Shown here: positions 43,299-58,040 of the stretch, one piece after another
Position numbering within the stretch: the first letter of the stretch is position 1
Layout of the letters: each line of letters starts with the position of its first letter
Origin: the human T2T-CHM13v2.0 reference genome, Homo sapiens
Reading direction: 5' to 3' (one strand)
DNA length: 64,000 nt
Assembly (NCBI RefSeq): GCF_009914755.1
Contig: NC_060935.1
Notes under the pieces: generated by a model
Told to the model about the DNA's origin: nothing
The model's database searches: none
The model's input: only the letters and a program-made list of their open reading frames with translations
Position numbers and translations under genes: made by a program

Positions 43299-46200
43299 TT
43301 ATATTGAAATTAACTGTGGACTCCTTGCACCCAGCTAAGAGCTTGGGACACAGTAGATACTTAATAGATTTTTGTTGAAATGAATTAATTTTGAACTAAA
43401 CTTTAGTAACTAATCCCATTAAGTGAAAACCAGCATGGCACCAAGCCGACCTGCACTGAGGTGCCAGTGAACTCAATTATACGTGATATGTAAACACATC
43501 TAGGAATCAACGTTTTGATCTAGAGTATGAAGAAATCCAAGACTATAGGTAGACATAAATTATTTGAAGAAGTCCAGGTTATATCTAAATATAAATCTAT
43601 ACAGTAAGTCACAATTATCTAAACTTTTCCCACTTACCATCAGTTTTCTCCTCTTCCTTTTTTTTCTTTGCAGAATGAGCCGCATAATTGCTTCAATTTG
43701 CCACTTCCCTCTGACAGATGTAGTTATATGTATATATGTAATACATACACACATACATACATATGAGTTGAAGTCAATTAAGATAACAACTGACAAGAAA
43801 TTAAATATTTAAAGATGTTGTTGATTATGTAGTTATCACAAATGTCTATTTAGCATCCCATATTGGAAAGAAAACCCCACCATGATTATCTCATGTTGGC
43901 AGTCTTCCCCCACCCCCCAAACTACAACTGCTACATAGTTACTTAGAGCCTTAATTCACAGTTGTTTATTTCCTGCTTTCACATCCAAAGTTGGGGAAAA
44001 CAGACCATGGTGAATTTCAAATTTCAGAGCTAATAGCATACTTCTAGTATGGTAGGTATTTATTTAACTTTAATATGAGAAGTTAGGCATCTGTTTTTCT
44101 TTCAGCTGATGACACAGTTCATTTTCTCCTCAATAATAAAGAAATTTCAAAATGCATGAAAGCCCACTTTTTGCTTCATTTCCTGTAAATAACTTTACAC
44201 TTACTTCAAAGCTGACCTTTCACTTAGATCAAAATCCCTGTTACTAAGACCTTGCAGAGAAGAGAACTGAATCAATAGGATGAACATTAAAATAATTGTA
44301 TCTTGCTTTATTTACTGTACCCTGAACATCTTTGAGGGGTTATAATTTCTGGGGATGCCCTGAGCACTTTGAGTGAAGTATCTGCCAAAAATCACATCTG
44401 ACTAGTGCCTTGTTATTTTTTTCCACTGTTGTTTTTTAAAAAATGCCATCAGGGAAGCTTAACTACAACAATTCTCTTTCAGTGTCGTCAATTTTCCATG
44501 AGTTCAGGCAGGCCACCAAACAGATCTCAAATACACAGAAAACTGTAAGTGGAAACCGGGTTAAAAGGGAAGGAAATGTTGCATGCACTTAATATCATAG
44601 AAATCAAGTATAAAGAACAGACTGCTAAATTGTAGAGTGAAATCAGGTTAACCATATTGACTGGAAACCGAATTCAAATTACCTTGCACTTGGTTCTGGG
44701 GAGAAATGAGGAGGCTTTAAAAATAGACACCACTGTTTTTGGCCTTTGTTTAAAATAGTGATTCCCAAGACTAAATTTCTCTTACTGTCTCTTACACGCC
44801 TGGATCAAAAGAAGCAAATCTGACTAGTTTAGAAAAATCTTTAGGGAAAACCCAATTCCTTTGTCTCTTCAACAAAGACTTTGAATAAGAGTTTAAGTTT
44901 GCTTTAGCCTGTGCATTTTAAGAACTGGACAACACATGTACTGGGAGCCAGAAAGAGTTTCCTCACATGATCTAAGCTTTGGAATTCCTTTGTTTCTTGC
45001 CTTTCAGATGGAAAAAGAATAACAAGTATGGTATTGTCCACAAACTCATTGACCATTCAGTCTCCATTTTAATATACTACACATACACTGTGTGAGTGTG
45101 TCTGAAAGACGGTGGGCAGGGGAGACAGAAGAAACTGTGGGTGTTTATGGTTAATATTAATCACTTGGATAATGAATATTATTATTAGAAAATTAGAATT
45201 TTATAATTGCATTAAACCTGAAAATTATTAAATATATTGATCTTTAATACTTGGTTCCTAAGACTGTTATTTTTTAACAATCTTTTTTATGTGCTAATTA
45301 TATGAAAGGGTAGTCTCTTTCAATGAAATAATTCCCCCTTTCCATCCTTTTCCCCACAATATTCCTGTATCCATCAAGAACAATGTCTTTATAACTGGTA
45401 GGCTTTTTGGCCTCTGTCATTCCTATTTTGAACCAAATGATTAAAAAATGACTGTGGTAAATGTTAGCTAACTTGGCGTTATTAGGGCCAAAAGAAGTCC
45501 TTCACATATTTAGGCTAATAAGAACACAGGATTCCGGTTTTTTGTATACCTCAAGATCCTCCTTTTGTAATCAAAGATTTGAACACCCAAAAATGGTGAC
45601 ATGAAGCAAGGTGGAATGCCAAAAAATGAAGAAAAATATACTTTCCTGTCGTCCATGCTGATACCTGTGTTTGTTGGCTGAATCCCTGAAAGCTATTCCT
45701 TTGTCTCCCTCTTCAAGTACTGATTTCCAGACAGCCACCTGACCGCCACCTGAGCTCATATTACTGCCCCTTGCCTAGGAGATCTTTGTATAGCTCCTAA
45801 CTCTGAAGCTTTGTGGCCAAAGGAAGTTATTTATGCCATCTGTAAAAGAGGGAGCAAAATGGCTGCCTCTTATATTGTGTTCCACAAGGGTGCTCAGGAA
45901 ATTTATGAAAAATCTATTCCAGTGACTGCTGAGATATGAATGTTGAACTCCTAATGGCTGCTAATGGGCGATCTTATTGCACTCTTCCTGTTTTCCTTAC
46001 CCCCAAGTGGTCAGCCAGCATTCAGAGAGGGTAAGAAAGATGGGGGGGTTGGTGAATAATGATTGCCGGGTAAACCACCAGGGACTGGGTTTGATAATGC
46101 ATCCTCACTTGGAAATGCCTGAGCAGGAAGCACCTCCGAGACATAGTCCAGGAAGGCCCCAAAAAGCTTTCCAGGTAGAGATCGGTGAGTTTCTATGATC

Positions 46201-46623
46201 CCCAGAACCTGGGAATCCTCCTGACAACTTTGTATTGTCCTAGGGTGCTTGATTTATCTGGCTGAGTCCCTTACTTTTATATAGACCAGTTTTCTAAAAC
46301 TTGAGGGCAGATGCTTGTCTTCTACCATAAAATGCTGCTAAGAAAGAGATTTCACAACCCATTCTAAAATTTAATTTTTCTTTAGTCTTCCAAAAATATG
46401 AAAAGTCACTAGTTATACTTTCTCATGTAGTAAATTCCAGAACTCCCTTGTCATTTGATACTTACAATACCTTACAAGGAAGATATGCCAGAACCATGTG
46501 GTAATAAAACCTTTTTCCATATATATATTGGTAATGTTCCACAAACCAAATCAGCTTTCCTAATACAACTTTGTACAGCGATCAGATACATTAGGCCTAT
46601 CACTCACCACTGAAAAAAGACAG

Positions 46624-46908
46624 TGGTGGCTCACACCTGTAATCCCAGCACTGTGGGAGGCCGAGGCGGGCAGATCACGAGGTCAGGAGATCGAGACCAT
46701 CCTGGCTAACACAGTGTAACCCTGTCTCTACTAAAAATACAAAAAATTAGCCGGGCGTGGTGGCGGGCGCCTGTAGCCCCAGCTACTGGGGAGGCTGAGG
46801 CAGGAGAATGGCGTGAACCTGGGAGGCAGAGCTTGCACTGAGCTGAGATCCCACCATGCACTCCAGCCTGGGCGACAGAGCGAGACTCTGTCTTAAAAAA
46901 AAAAAAAA
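46624..46908 (+). mobile_element. AluY, slightly 5'-truncated, TSD AAAAAAGACAGTGGT
   Basis: Y-diagnostic bases; the TSD overlaps the Alu 5' GTGG by microhomology. Confidence 0.9.
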
Positions 46909-48356
46909 GACAGTGGTATCCAACAATTATCATATCAAATACTTGATATATAACAGTTCCTTTTTTTTTTGATATATTTAAGAGAGAATAAGAAATCCCC
47001 AACCATGTTAAATTCTTTACCAAGAATCACAATAATTTTTTGATCCCTAGAGAAAGGTGATTTGACAGCAGGAAATCTGACCTCTGGGGCTACCTCTCCC
47101 CTTTACCTACTCATAATCATTTTGGTCAGCAACAACTGTTGTTTTTCAGTGTTTTTCATAAAGACAGTGCAGAAGCTCAGGGCAATACCAGATGATGGCA
47201 AAGACCAAAATAATACAAAATACTCAAGCAAAGGCAAACATTAAGGGCCTTTGAAATTTCCGTCTCTGTTGCCTATTCCCACTCTTTCCACCCACATCTA
47301 CTCTCCGTGATGCAATGAAGGCCTGGGTATGTGGGTAGTAATGACTGCATAATTCTATCTTTAAAAAAATCTATTGAATTAAGGAAGCTGCAGAAAATGA
47401 GGAAAACTTATTGAAAACCATCAGAACGAAAAGTTCTCAAACCCAAGTAAATTGCTGCTGAGGCTTATCATTGATGATGTTTCACTTTCTTTATGTGGTT
47501 AATTGCTTCCTGCCTCCATAGATGATTTTATCCATCTTTATCAGCTTTTGTTTTGTTATTAGTGCCCAGGCATTGGCATGGTTCATCTGGTACTCCATTA
47601 GACTTGTGGCAAGCACAAAAGCCAGGACTAAAGGAAGAAAATTAATTGCTTACCCTGCTAATATCAATTCATTTTCACCTTCTTGCTTTGGCCTGACTTC
47701 ACCATACTGTTGACAAGTTATATTTTTCTTGTTAGTTCTTTGATCCTCAAAAGCTAAAAATCAGCCCAGATAGATGAGAAAGAAAAGACAGCATTAAAAC
47801 CACTGTTATTGCCTCTGGTGAGGTATGTAGTTTTGGGCTAAGGCACAGCCCTTCTGCCCAACATGAACAGGCTGAGATGAATCTAAGCCAATTTTGATGA
47901 ATGGCCAGCAGAAGACAAGATCTTGGAGTTTCTTTGAGCAAACCATAAGAAGCTACTCTCTAAATTTTGCTGACTTTATACCAGAGCTCTTACATGCAGA
48001 GGCACTTCTCAGCTCCAGTTGATATAGCCTGGAGCAGTGCTGCCAGAGGTAGCAGTGTTGCCCCTAGACGTCACTCTCTCCATCGTTCAGTAGTTCCCAA
48101 AGGACCTTCCACCACTCCAGATCTACATGACAGATACCTCCAGAGTCTAGAACTTGAGGGTCAGGCGGCTCTTCCTCCCTCTAGAGCCCACCAGTCTGGA
48201 TTAGGGTAAGCCTATGGGCTAAGGAGGTCAAATACACTTGACTGGCTCCATTTATTCCATCACGGGCCATGCTAGGAGCTGTCATTTTAGGGACACACAG
48301 GAACATCACTGTCTCTGTCTTTCAAATGGCTTTATTTGCTGCTTTTGACTCAGGAC

Positions 48357-48765
48357 TAGGTTGGCCAGATGTAATAAGTAAACATATAGGATGCCTAGTT
48401 AAATTTGAATTTCAGACAAACAAGTCATTTCTTAGCATAAGTATGTCTCATGTAATATTTGGCCTGTCTTTACCATACTGTTGACCATATCTTTATTGTT
48501 AGTTATCCAATACTCAAAGGCTTAAGATAAGCCTAGGTATATGGGGGAAGAAGGATGACATGACATCCTTCTGGTGAGGTGCTTACTTTTAGGCTGGAGT
48601 GCAGCACATTTTTAGTACAAATATGTCCCATGCAACATTTGAGACATACTGGAAAACAAAACAAAACATTATTTGCTGTTTACCAGATATTTAATTTTAA
48701 TTAAGTATCTTGTATTTTAATATTTAAATTTAATTAAATATCTTGTATTTTACCTGGAAACCCTA
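48357..48765. mobile_element. MER53-like palindromic hAT MITE with internal captured DNA
   Basis: Terminal inverted repeats taggttggccagat / cctggaaacccta; CAGGAC on both flanks; MER53 body gttaaatttgaatttcagacaaacaa...gtatgtcccatgcaacatttgagacatact. Confidence 0.78.
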
Positions 48766-51700
48766 CCAGGACCCTTGACATCTCCCCTGAAATACAAAGG
48801 AGCAAAAGATTCCCTATGCACAGATAGTTCTTTATCTTTATACTACGTAAGAGGCCCCAGCTAGAGCCCCAGTTGTGCTTACCCTGAGAACAGGGCATAT
48901 TTAGGTCTGTCAGATGGAGAAGAGAAATCCCACCAGGGTCCATTTAAATGAGGAACCAAAGAGTATCGCAAGAAAAAACTCATCCTCAGGGATGAGAGCC
49001 AAGGTAAATGAGTTTGAGGCACTATCATAGAAAAAGGGGTGATTCTGAGCACAGAAGACCTCCTCCCTCCGATTGCCTTCCTTCTCCACACATAAGGACC
49101 AGGCCTTAGCAATGGGGGTGGTGATACAAAGACACAGGGCATAAAACAAACAAAATAATGTAGCTTTGGAATCAGGAGTTTCTGTATCAGCAGGGGAGCA
49201 CCGTCAGCTTGAAGCTAGGACCGCCTCCATGTCCACATCGATGGGCACTGGCAGCAGAGCTGGCACTGTGGCCAACATTACCAACAGGGCTGTCTCTGCA
49301 GGTGCTAGCGGGACGCATCACCACAGCAATCTGAGGCAGGATGAGAGAAAACTAGCCAAGGCGTTGGGGCGATCAAAAAAGCTAGCCTGAGAAGATATTC
49401 ATTTAATTAACATTTACCAACGTATAGCATGCAGTCTGTTATGTGTAGCTAACAGTACAATGAAAAGATATGATCCCTAATGTCATGGTGCTCACAATCT
49501 AGTGCAGGAAAGCAACAAGACCAGAGACAATCACAATATTGTATGGATAGAGCTATAATAATTTGCAAGCACATATGAGGGGCACCTAACCCCTCTTCAG
49601 TTTGGTAGAGTAGGTTTTCTGAAGAAATGACTTCTATGTTGAAACCCAAAGGACCAGTAAGAATAATTCAGGAGGAAGAGTCCATATGAGGTGCCCCTAG
49701 AAAATTTCTCATCTATTTGGGAGAAATCTGAAGGGGCTAGAGTTCCCATCTGAATGATGGAAGAATTAGGGAAATCTTGATTTGTGAATGTTACTCTGAC
49801 TCTCTTTTTCCCTGTTAAACTGGTATGACTGGAAAAATACCCACCACTTGCTAAGGGCTTATTCTGAGAGTTAACATTGAGAAAATACCATGGTAAGCGT
49901 AAATGACATGGAGATCTAAGATCTCATAACCCTCAGGTTCCAGTACGATGTTATTGCAGATTCTCTGCAGCACCTCACCAGTTTGCTGACATTACATAGG
50001 CAAACAGTATTCTTTGCCCTATATTTTGCACTTTGAAAGTCCTTTTATACTAAAGAAAGTATTGCCAATGCCAAAGAACGAAATTATCCTTCCTTCCCAT
50101 TGTCAGATCCAGGAAGGGATCTCATTTACAAAAGCAACCTAAATGCAGCATTGATGAGGTTATTGCTTCTCCTCTTGACGTATCTCTCCATCAGGTTTTG
50201 CAAAACTGATTTCTCTTCCTCTGGTCAGAGCAGCCTCAAAATAATAGGTTTCAGAATAAGAAAACAACTATTTTTTTGTTTAATCTTAATAATAGGGTAT
50301 TTCAGGTTTGTCTAATGAAAACCAGAAGCTGATGATCTAACACAATCAAATACTAGCTTTTGTGCAAAAAGAAATAGTAAAATAACGTAGGACCTTGTCT
50401 AAATAAGACTTACAACTGATGCCAGCTAAATGGGAAAAAATAGCAATAACCTTTTAAAACATTAATTTAGACTTTTATTGGAATACAAAGGATCTCTAGT
50501 GTCTGAAAGCAGGCATTGTCTCTCTTTTTTATTTCAACAGAACTGTGGCTTGAATACAACACAGCAGGGTGTGTGTTTTCTAAAGTTGGGTCATTATCAG
50601 AGTGTTCACTGCCGTTTGCCAATAAGCCTTTATTTGGCAAAGTTTAAAACTGCTGACAAATGGGATTCTTCCTGTAGCAGTATAACATGGTACAGCTTAA
50701 ATATGCCTAATTACAAAAGTCCTCCAAGGGCAGTCAAGAAATCTATGCTTTTGAGAAGATTCAGATGGACAGTCCTCAAATATTAATAGGAAACAGGAAA
50801 ATCTTTGAGCCCTCGGTCATGTCGCTCTTGCTCCTATTATTATGGATTTTAAGTTGCAGGGGCCTGTGAGATTATTCAAAACAATGTCTAGTTTTATCCG
50901 AAGCTGCAGGGATTTCCGATTTCCATAAATTTCTCTGGAGACATTTAAGAGGCGGTTTTTTACTTCTGCACACTTTGGTCCGTGGGTTTCTGTGGGTGTG
51001 TGTCTGTAACTTTCCTTCCCTGTTCTAATTTGTCCCTGTTCAGAGACAAATAAATTGGAAGATTATTATCCAAAACTCCAAACAACATTAATTCCTTGCA
51101 CATATTTTGTGCTTTTAGACTCCAAGAATGATAATAGACAATCTCTTTAGAATGTGGAAGGGGGACCAATGTCAAACCATTTAATCACAATCTCCACCTC
51201 CAGGAGCCCCTCTGAAAGAACAGAAGCCTTACTTGAACTGGATTTCATGGGAAAATCTGTGCCGCGAACCTTGCTCTCTAATTATAGCTGGGGGAACGTG
51301 AGGTTTGTTTGGAATCAGATGTAGCTTTCCACTACCATAATTACACATTTTATTTCAAACACCTCACTGCAGTGTTTGAAGATGTTAGCACAATTGCACT
51401 AAGTATCATCCTGGAGTTCTTGCTTGGGAGGTCTGGTAGAGAATGAAGGAACAGGACAGCAATTGAAATGATGAGTTTATAGGAGTCTAATAATTTCATG
51501 GCTGGAAGTATGACATAAAGAAATGAGCTTGGGCTTTTTATTCAGAGCTGGGAGTTCTCGTCTCAATTCTGCAGCCTAACTGATAAGACCTTTTACTAAC
51601 CAGGTAAAACAATTAGCAACTGGGATCACATTGCTGGGAAGATGCTGAGTAACATTAATTAGAGTCTCAAAGGACTTTAAACAAATACGTACATCTAGAG

Positions 51701-53077
51701 AAGAATTTTTATAATGTAGTTAAGAATGCTTATTGAGAAAGAAACTCAGTGTCTATAATCCATTGCTGACTAGCATGCTTAGCTATGGTTAAATCTTCCA
51801 GTAAGCCAAGAATGAGGGGAGAAGAGGGAGGCAGGTTGGGACGAATAGAGTAAGTGGTAGAAGTGGGTTCTGTTCAACCATATGTAGAGGAATTAATCAG
51901 CTCTTTTTCATGGATTTAGGGCCCTCAATCCCTATATAATTCCTCAGATATTTGTGCTACCTGCCCCCTTCCCCTCCATGTAGCTGACCTTAGAAGATTA
52001 GAAGAGAGAGACCACTGGGCTTATTATCTGATGAATGGCTCTGTTTTTACTGTGAAATTATAGGAAGTGGTTTAAATTGAGAATAATAGAAACAGTAACA
52101 AATAATAAGAATACTTGCTATCCTGTGTTAGATCATCTGGCAGGCTATCTGATGAGAGATAGGGTTTCATCTCGGGAAGTTTTAGAAAAGAGGCCAGATA
52201 TATACCAAGTACTACTCTAGGTATTTCACAGACATTTTGTTTCACTCTTATACAAATCCCGTGGAAGAGAAATGACTTTCCTCATTTTAGATTCTAGGGA
52301 GTGACAGGGGACAAGTCAAAGGTAATTTGGAGTGAAGGCTGCCCTGATCAACTTCCAATGCATTGGATTATTTTCATTTCATCATTTTCTCAGTGCTATG
52401 GAATCTTTGTGATCCATTAATAATATTAATAATAATCCCTACATTTGTATGGCATTTAATACTAATGGTTTTCAAGGAAGTTTCACATGCATTACCTCAC
52501 TGGACTCTCAAAAACAAGTCTGTGGGTTGGGCAAACAGGAATTATTACCTTCATTTTAAAAATAGTGAAACTGAAGCTCAGAGAGGTGGCATGCTTTATT
52601 TAGGGCTAAGACCAGAGTCCAGCTTCTGTTAGAACTAAGCCTTGCTTCCTGTTTTCCCTTTGGAGACCTTGAGGAAGACCATGAGCCGCCAAATAGCTAC
52701 CATGATATTGCTAAACCCTGTACCAACTCGTGGACAGTAGTCTCATTAAACGCTCAAGATCCTTGGATGGAGACCAAGAACTCTCTATCTCTGCAAAAAT
52801 CTCTACAGAAACATTTTTCTCTTTACTCTGCCTCCTCATTTAAATGCTAAAATATTTACAGTGAGTGATAAGTCAGATAACATCATGCTGCCTTGTGAAT
52901 TTTTAGGGAAAAGATGAAGAGCACATGATAAGGCTGGGAATTTTCAACTGCCTGGCACAGTGGAAGAAATATTTGTCTAGGTGTTAAGACGTGTGGGTTC
53001 TGGTCCTGTCTCTTTCACTTATTAGCTGTGTAACCTGTTACTTGTTGTGTTAAAATAAATCCTCTAACAGTTTCCTA

Positions 53078-53511
<434 letters not shown>

Positions 53512-56074
53512 TCAATCTACTCCTATAACCACAAAGTGAGGGAAAAGGTTTATATATCCATATCATTGTGGTAGCATGGTATCTTACATAAGAGCACCCT
53601 CAGGATATAATTTTTATAATATTATTGGTAGCAGGAGCTTAACTATTTGAAGGAAACCAGATAGGTTTCTTATAAAGAATTCCATCTCTTGGGATCCTTG
53701 AGCAGGCCATGAGATCTGGTAGGTTTTGACAAGAGAAAATGAGAAACCATGCTCAGGGCCAGTCTGGCTATATGTACTCACTACTTGCTCATAGTTGAAA
53801 TGATTTTTAAGAATTGTATACAATATTGCTATTAGCAGTGAATCGGGGAGGCAGGACAGGGGACAAACCATGGGACTCAGAGTCAGAAAGGGCTGAGTCC
53901 AAATCTAAGATATATCACCTGCCAGCTGTTATGAGTCTGTTGTCTAACATTTTTGACCTTCAGCATCTTCAACTGTGTGAGCTGATCACACCATATCATA
54001 GTTTACTTTGAGGATTAGATGAAATCTCTGTGTAAAGGACCTCAAATACTTGCCATGAGATAGGTACTCAGTAAATGGCAGCATCAGGGTTTTCTACACT
54101 CCTCATCCTACAACATGGACTCTGAATACAGCAGTGAGGCAGGATTGTGTCATCCAAACTTGAGGATTCCTCATCTATTGACAGTTGTTCATTTGGGTTT
54201 GTAAGAGAGAAGTAGTTTGATGTTGAAAATGCTGTTGGTTACTTATTTTTGTTGAGATTCTTTAAAAGTGAAAAGAGGCAGTTGACAGCCTTTTTTAATG
54301 CAGAAGCTCTGAGAAAAATGGTGCCAGACCAACCTGTTTTGGCACACTCTTTGCTGAAAATGAAAGGCCATGTGATCTCCTGGGGATCATGAGACTTGAG
54401 TTCAACCTTTCAGCTACCCCAGAGTGAGATCATGTTCTATCCTTCATTTATTAAGAAACCATTTATAGAATACCCACTTATGAGTTAGTGTCAAACTCAT
54501 TGTAGTGTACTTAGTATCTGGCTCATTGTAGGTGCAAGAAAATTTGTAATAAGTAATTATATGCATGACTGAAGAAATAATACTATATATGCTATACAGC
54601 TAAACTTTTTTCCTCAATACTTCCTTTTCTATAAGATGAGTGATGTGGACTATAATCTCCCAGCTACCCACAAATCCCCAAGTTTTAACTTATATATTTA
54701 CATGGCTTTAGATACAATCTAGGTCCCTACATGACTGTAATATGGATACATAAAAGTTTATAGCATAACCCTTATTTTTATACTTCCTGCACTTATCATT
54801 TTTTTCATCCTTTATCCTTGAATTCATAACAGTCTTAGGAAATGATTCATGAATGCATTAAACCCTCCCTTAATCAGATACATGAAAAATTATAGTGTTA
54901 GTTTATATTTTTTTAAATCGTAGATCTGATTTATGGCTTTTATAGTTCAAGTCAGAAACTTTTGGATTCGACTCTTCCATGAGCAAAGGCTATGTGCTTT
55001 AAGTAGAAAAAGTTTCTTTACCTTTTCCACGTAGGTGAAGAAACAAAGACAATTTAACTAAAACTTTCCTTTTTTCTTTCTCTCCATTGATTTCTGGCTA
55101 AAACCCTTCTTGGGCAAATTTTGCACCAAAGTAAACTGGTTATAAGGAAAGGAAAATGAATTTAGAGATGATGTAGTTTTTTACACTCCAGTATGATTTC
55201 CGAATCTATCACATGCACATTGTAGGGGTATTGTTCGGAGCAAAGTATGCACTTGGGGTACCCCTGTGTTGTGTCTTAAAAGGGGGATTGTTTTTGCCAC
55301 AGGACATAGAAAAGAATGGTCTGATGCATGCTAGTCACATCACCTGCCACTCTGAAAGAACAGTCAGGGGCTTTAGGCATAATGAAAATGAGGAGTAAAA
55401 TGCTGGGTGTTTATCTCCAGCATTCCAGATAGAAATATATCTCTGTCCAATGAGAAGCATCTCCTTTAACAAGACTGTGGTGCATTCATCTCTCCTGCGT
55501 ATACACGACGAGCACACCTCATCTGTCACGTCGGGACATGTTAAAAGGAACCCTCTTCCCCTGCTCCTTTCTACTCTGAATAAGTAATTATGAAAAACAA
55601 ATCATTGCCATGTCTCTTTCTTTCTTCATTTTTATTGGGTTTTGTCTGCCTGTCTCCCGTGGACATAAAGAATTGTTCTGTTCATTCAGATTCAATGATT
55701 TTCTTTGGGGGGTTGTTTCAGATAAAACAGAAGGTCTGATTTTGTCAGGCATGCAGCTCTGAAAGTCTCTTAGAGCAACTATACATATGAATTTGAGGGC
55801 AAAATGTCACCCTCTAAGTGAACTGAATGGAGAAAACACAATAGAAGTCTGTTAAAATGCTGCTTTGGGTAACATGAAAAAAAAAAAAGCCTAGGTGTGA
55901 TCATTCTTTCTGGAGGCCTGGTAGGTGCCTGTCTACACTATGATTTGCAGGGTGCTTACCCGCCTGAAGCTGAACATTATTTTATTTAATGCATTGCTTT
56001 CCCTGAAATGTTGGGGATCAAATATGAAGTGGGGAAATGTCCTTCTGGCCTGAAAAGTCTTAAAATTCTGAAAA

Positions 56075-56076
<2 letters not shown>

Positions 56077-56131
<55 letters not shown>
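56077..56131. repeat. (AC)27 microsatellite
   Basis: Read directly from the sequence. Confidence 0.95.
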
Positions 56132-56133
<2 letters not shown>

Positions 56134-56554
56134 AGCACGCACACTACCTGATAGGAGAAGGCAGGAAGAAGTAGTGTGTGTGTATGAGAAAGACAGACAG
56201 CACATGTGTGAGCTGATTAGATGATCTCATAAAGTGGTTTGGAAACCAAAGGACAGAGGAGTTGAGACAAAGCTTTAAGTCCATCTACATTTTGACGAAT
56301 GGATTCTGCCCAGGCAGGAAGCTAGAAAGGCGTAAAACAGGCCCAGTTAGCATGGATGTGAAATTGATTTCTGAATCCTGACCTCACATATAGCCCTATT
56401 GCTTAAGGCGGCATCTTAAACCTCGTCACTTTAGGATCTCCCTCTTAAAGGTTCCAGTAGCCCTCTGTGACGAACATTGCCTTCCACTGTGACATGCAAC
56501 CCAGTCATGTGCCTCATCCACGGTATCACAGAAGCTCTTCAAAATTGAAAAGTA

Positions 56555-57175
56555 GGCCAGGTGTGGTGGCTCACACCTGTAATCTCAGAACTTTGGGAGG
56601 CCGAGGTGGGCAGATCACAAGGTCAGGAGTTTGAGACCAGCCTGGCCAACATGGTGAAACCCTGTCTCTACTAAAAATACAAAAAGAAAGTTAGCTGGGC
56701 ATGGTAGCATACGCCTGTAATCTCAGCTACTCAGGAGGCTAAGGCAGGAGAATTGCTTGAACTCAGGAGGTGGAGGCTGCGGTGAGCTGAGATCACGTCA
56801 CTGCACTCCAGCCTGGGTGACAGAGTGAGACTCCGTCACAAAAAAAAAAAAAAAAAAAAAAATTGAGAAGTTAAGTTTTCAGCCAGGCGCAGTGGCTCAT
56901 GCCTGTAATCCCAGCACTTTGGGAGGCCGAGGCAGATGGATCATTTGAGGTCAGGAGTTCAAGACCAGCCTGGCCCACATGGTGAATCCCCATCTCTACT
57001 AAAAATACAAGAATTAGCCGGGCGTGGTGGCATGTGCCTGTAGTCCCAGCTACTCAGGAGGCTGAAGCAGGAGAATTGCTTTTGAACCCAGTAGGCGGAG
57101 GTTGCAGTAAGCTGAGATCACGCCACTGCACTCCAGCCCAGGCGACAGAGTGAGACTCTGTCTCAAAAAAAGAAA
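56555..57175 (+). mobile_element. Two tandem AluS elements (56555-56862 and 56881-57175)
   Basis: Two complete Alu dimers ~18 bp apart in the same orientation. Confidence 0.92.
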
Positions 57176-57184
57176 AGTAAAGTT

Positions 57185-57350
57185 GTCCTCAGTCTGTCTC
57201 TGTTTGCCTCTGTCTGCTCTCTGTCTCCTTCTCTTTGTCTCCTTCTGTCTTCTCTCGGTCTCCTTCTCCTTCTCTCTTCTAAATTTCTCTGCTGATCTCT
57301 CCTTCTTCCTTTGTCTCTGCCTGGCTCTGCCTGTCTCTCTGTCTTTATTT
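57185..57350. repeat. CT-rich low-complexity tract
   Basis: Degenerate (CTCTGT/CTCCTT)n. Confidence 0.8.
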
Positions 57351-57614
57351 GATCCACCGCCATGTTCTTAACTGTCACCTCAATGCATATGACTCCTGAG
57401 TCATCATGGCCAGTACTAAATTGTCTTCTAATTTGTACTCCAAAACTTCTAACTACTTGTTGGATATCTTCGCCTGAATATTCTACCCCTCAAATTATCA
57501 TGTACCAATCTAAATTAAATTCAATATCTAAATAATTGACTTGAAATTTCGTTAACAATTTTTGACAAATACAAAAGTTATTGCCATCACAGCAAGAAAA
57601 GCTTTGCTCTTCCT

Positions 57615-58040
57615 CCTGATTCATACATCAAACATTTACTGAGTCTCTACTATGTGGGAGTGATGAAGTCACAAAGCTGAAAAAGATAATCCCTGCTCTC
57701 ACGAAGCTCAGCTTCAATGACAAGTGTGTAATCAGAATACACAGTGCTTGGATATGAGACCTTGCAAGATAAAGTGAGAGCACATAGGAAGGATACCTAA
57801 CCCAGACTGGGAGCAGGGAGTGGGTTAGGGTGCCCGGGAAGACTTCTGGGAAGAAGTGACACTTACCTTGAATCCTATGGGTTGTGTAGGAGTTAATCTA
57901 GTAAGGGGATGGAGAGAGACGTCAGCATTTCTTGAAGCATTGGCAACAGTACACAAGCCCAGACAGACAGCCTGGCAACTCTGAGGAAATTGCAAGTAGT
58001 TCAGGATGATGAGAGCAGAGAGTTCGGGCAGGGACATGCT
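57615..58040 (-). mobile_element. L2 LINE 3' fragment
   Basis: aaacatttactgagtctctactatgtg...ccctgctctcacgaagctca...gggaagacttctgggaagaagtgacactta. Confidence 0.7.
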
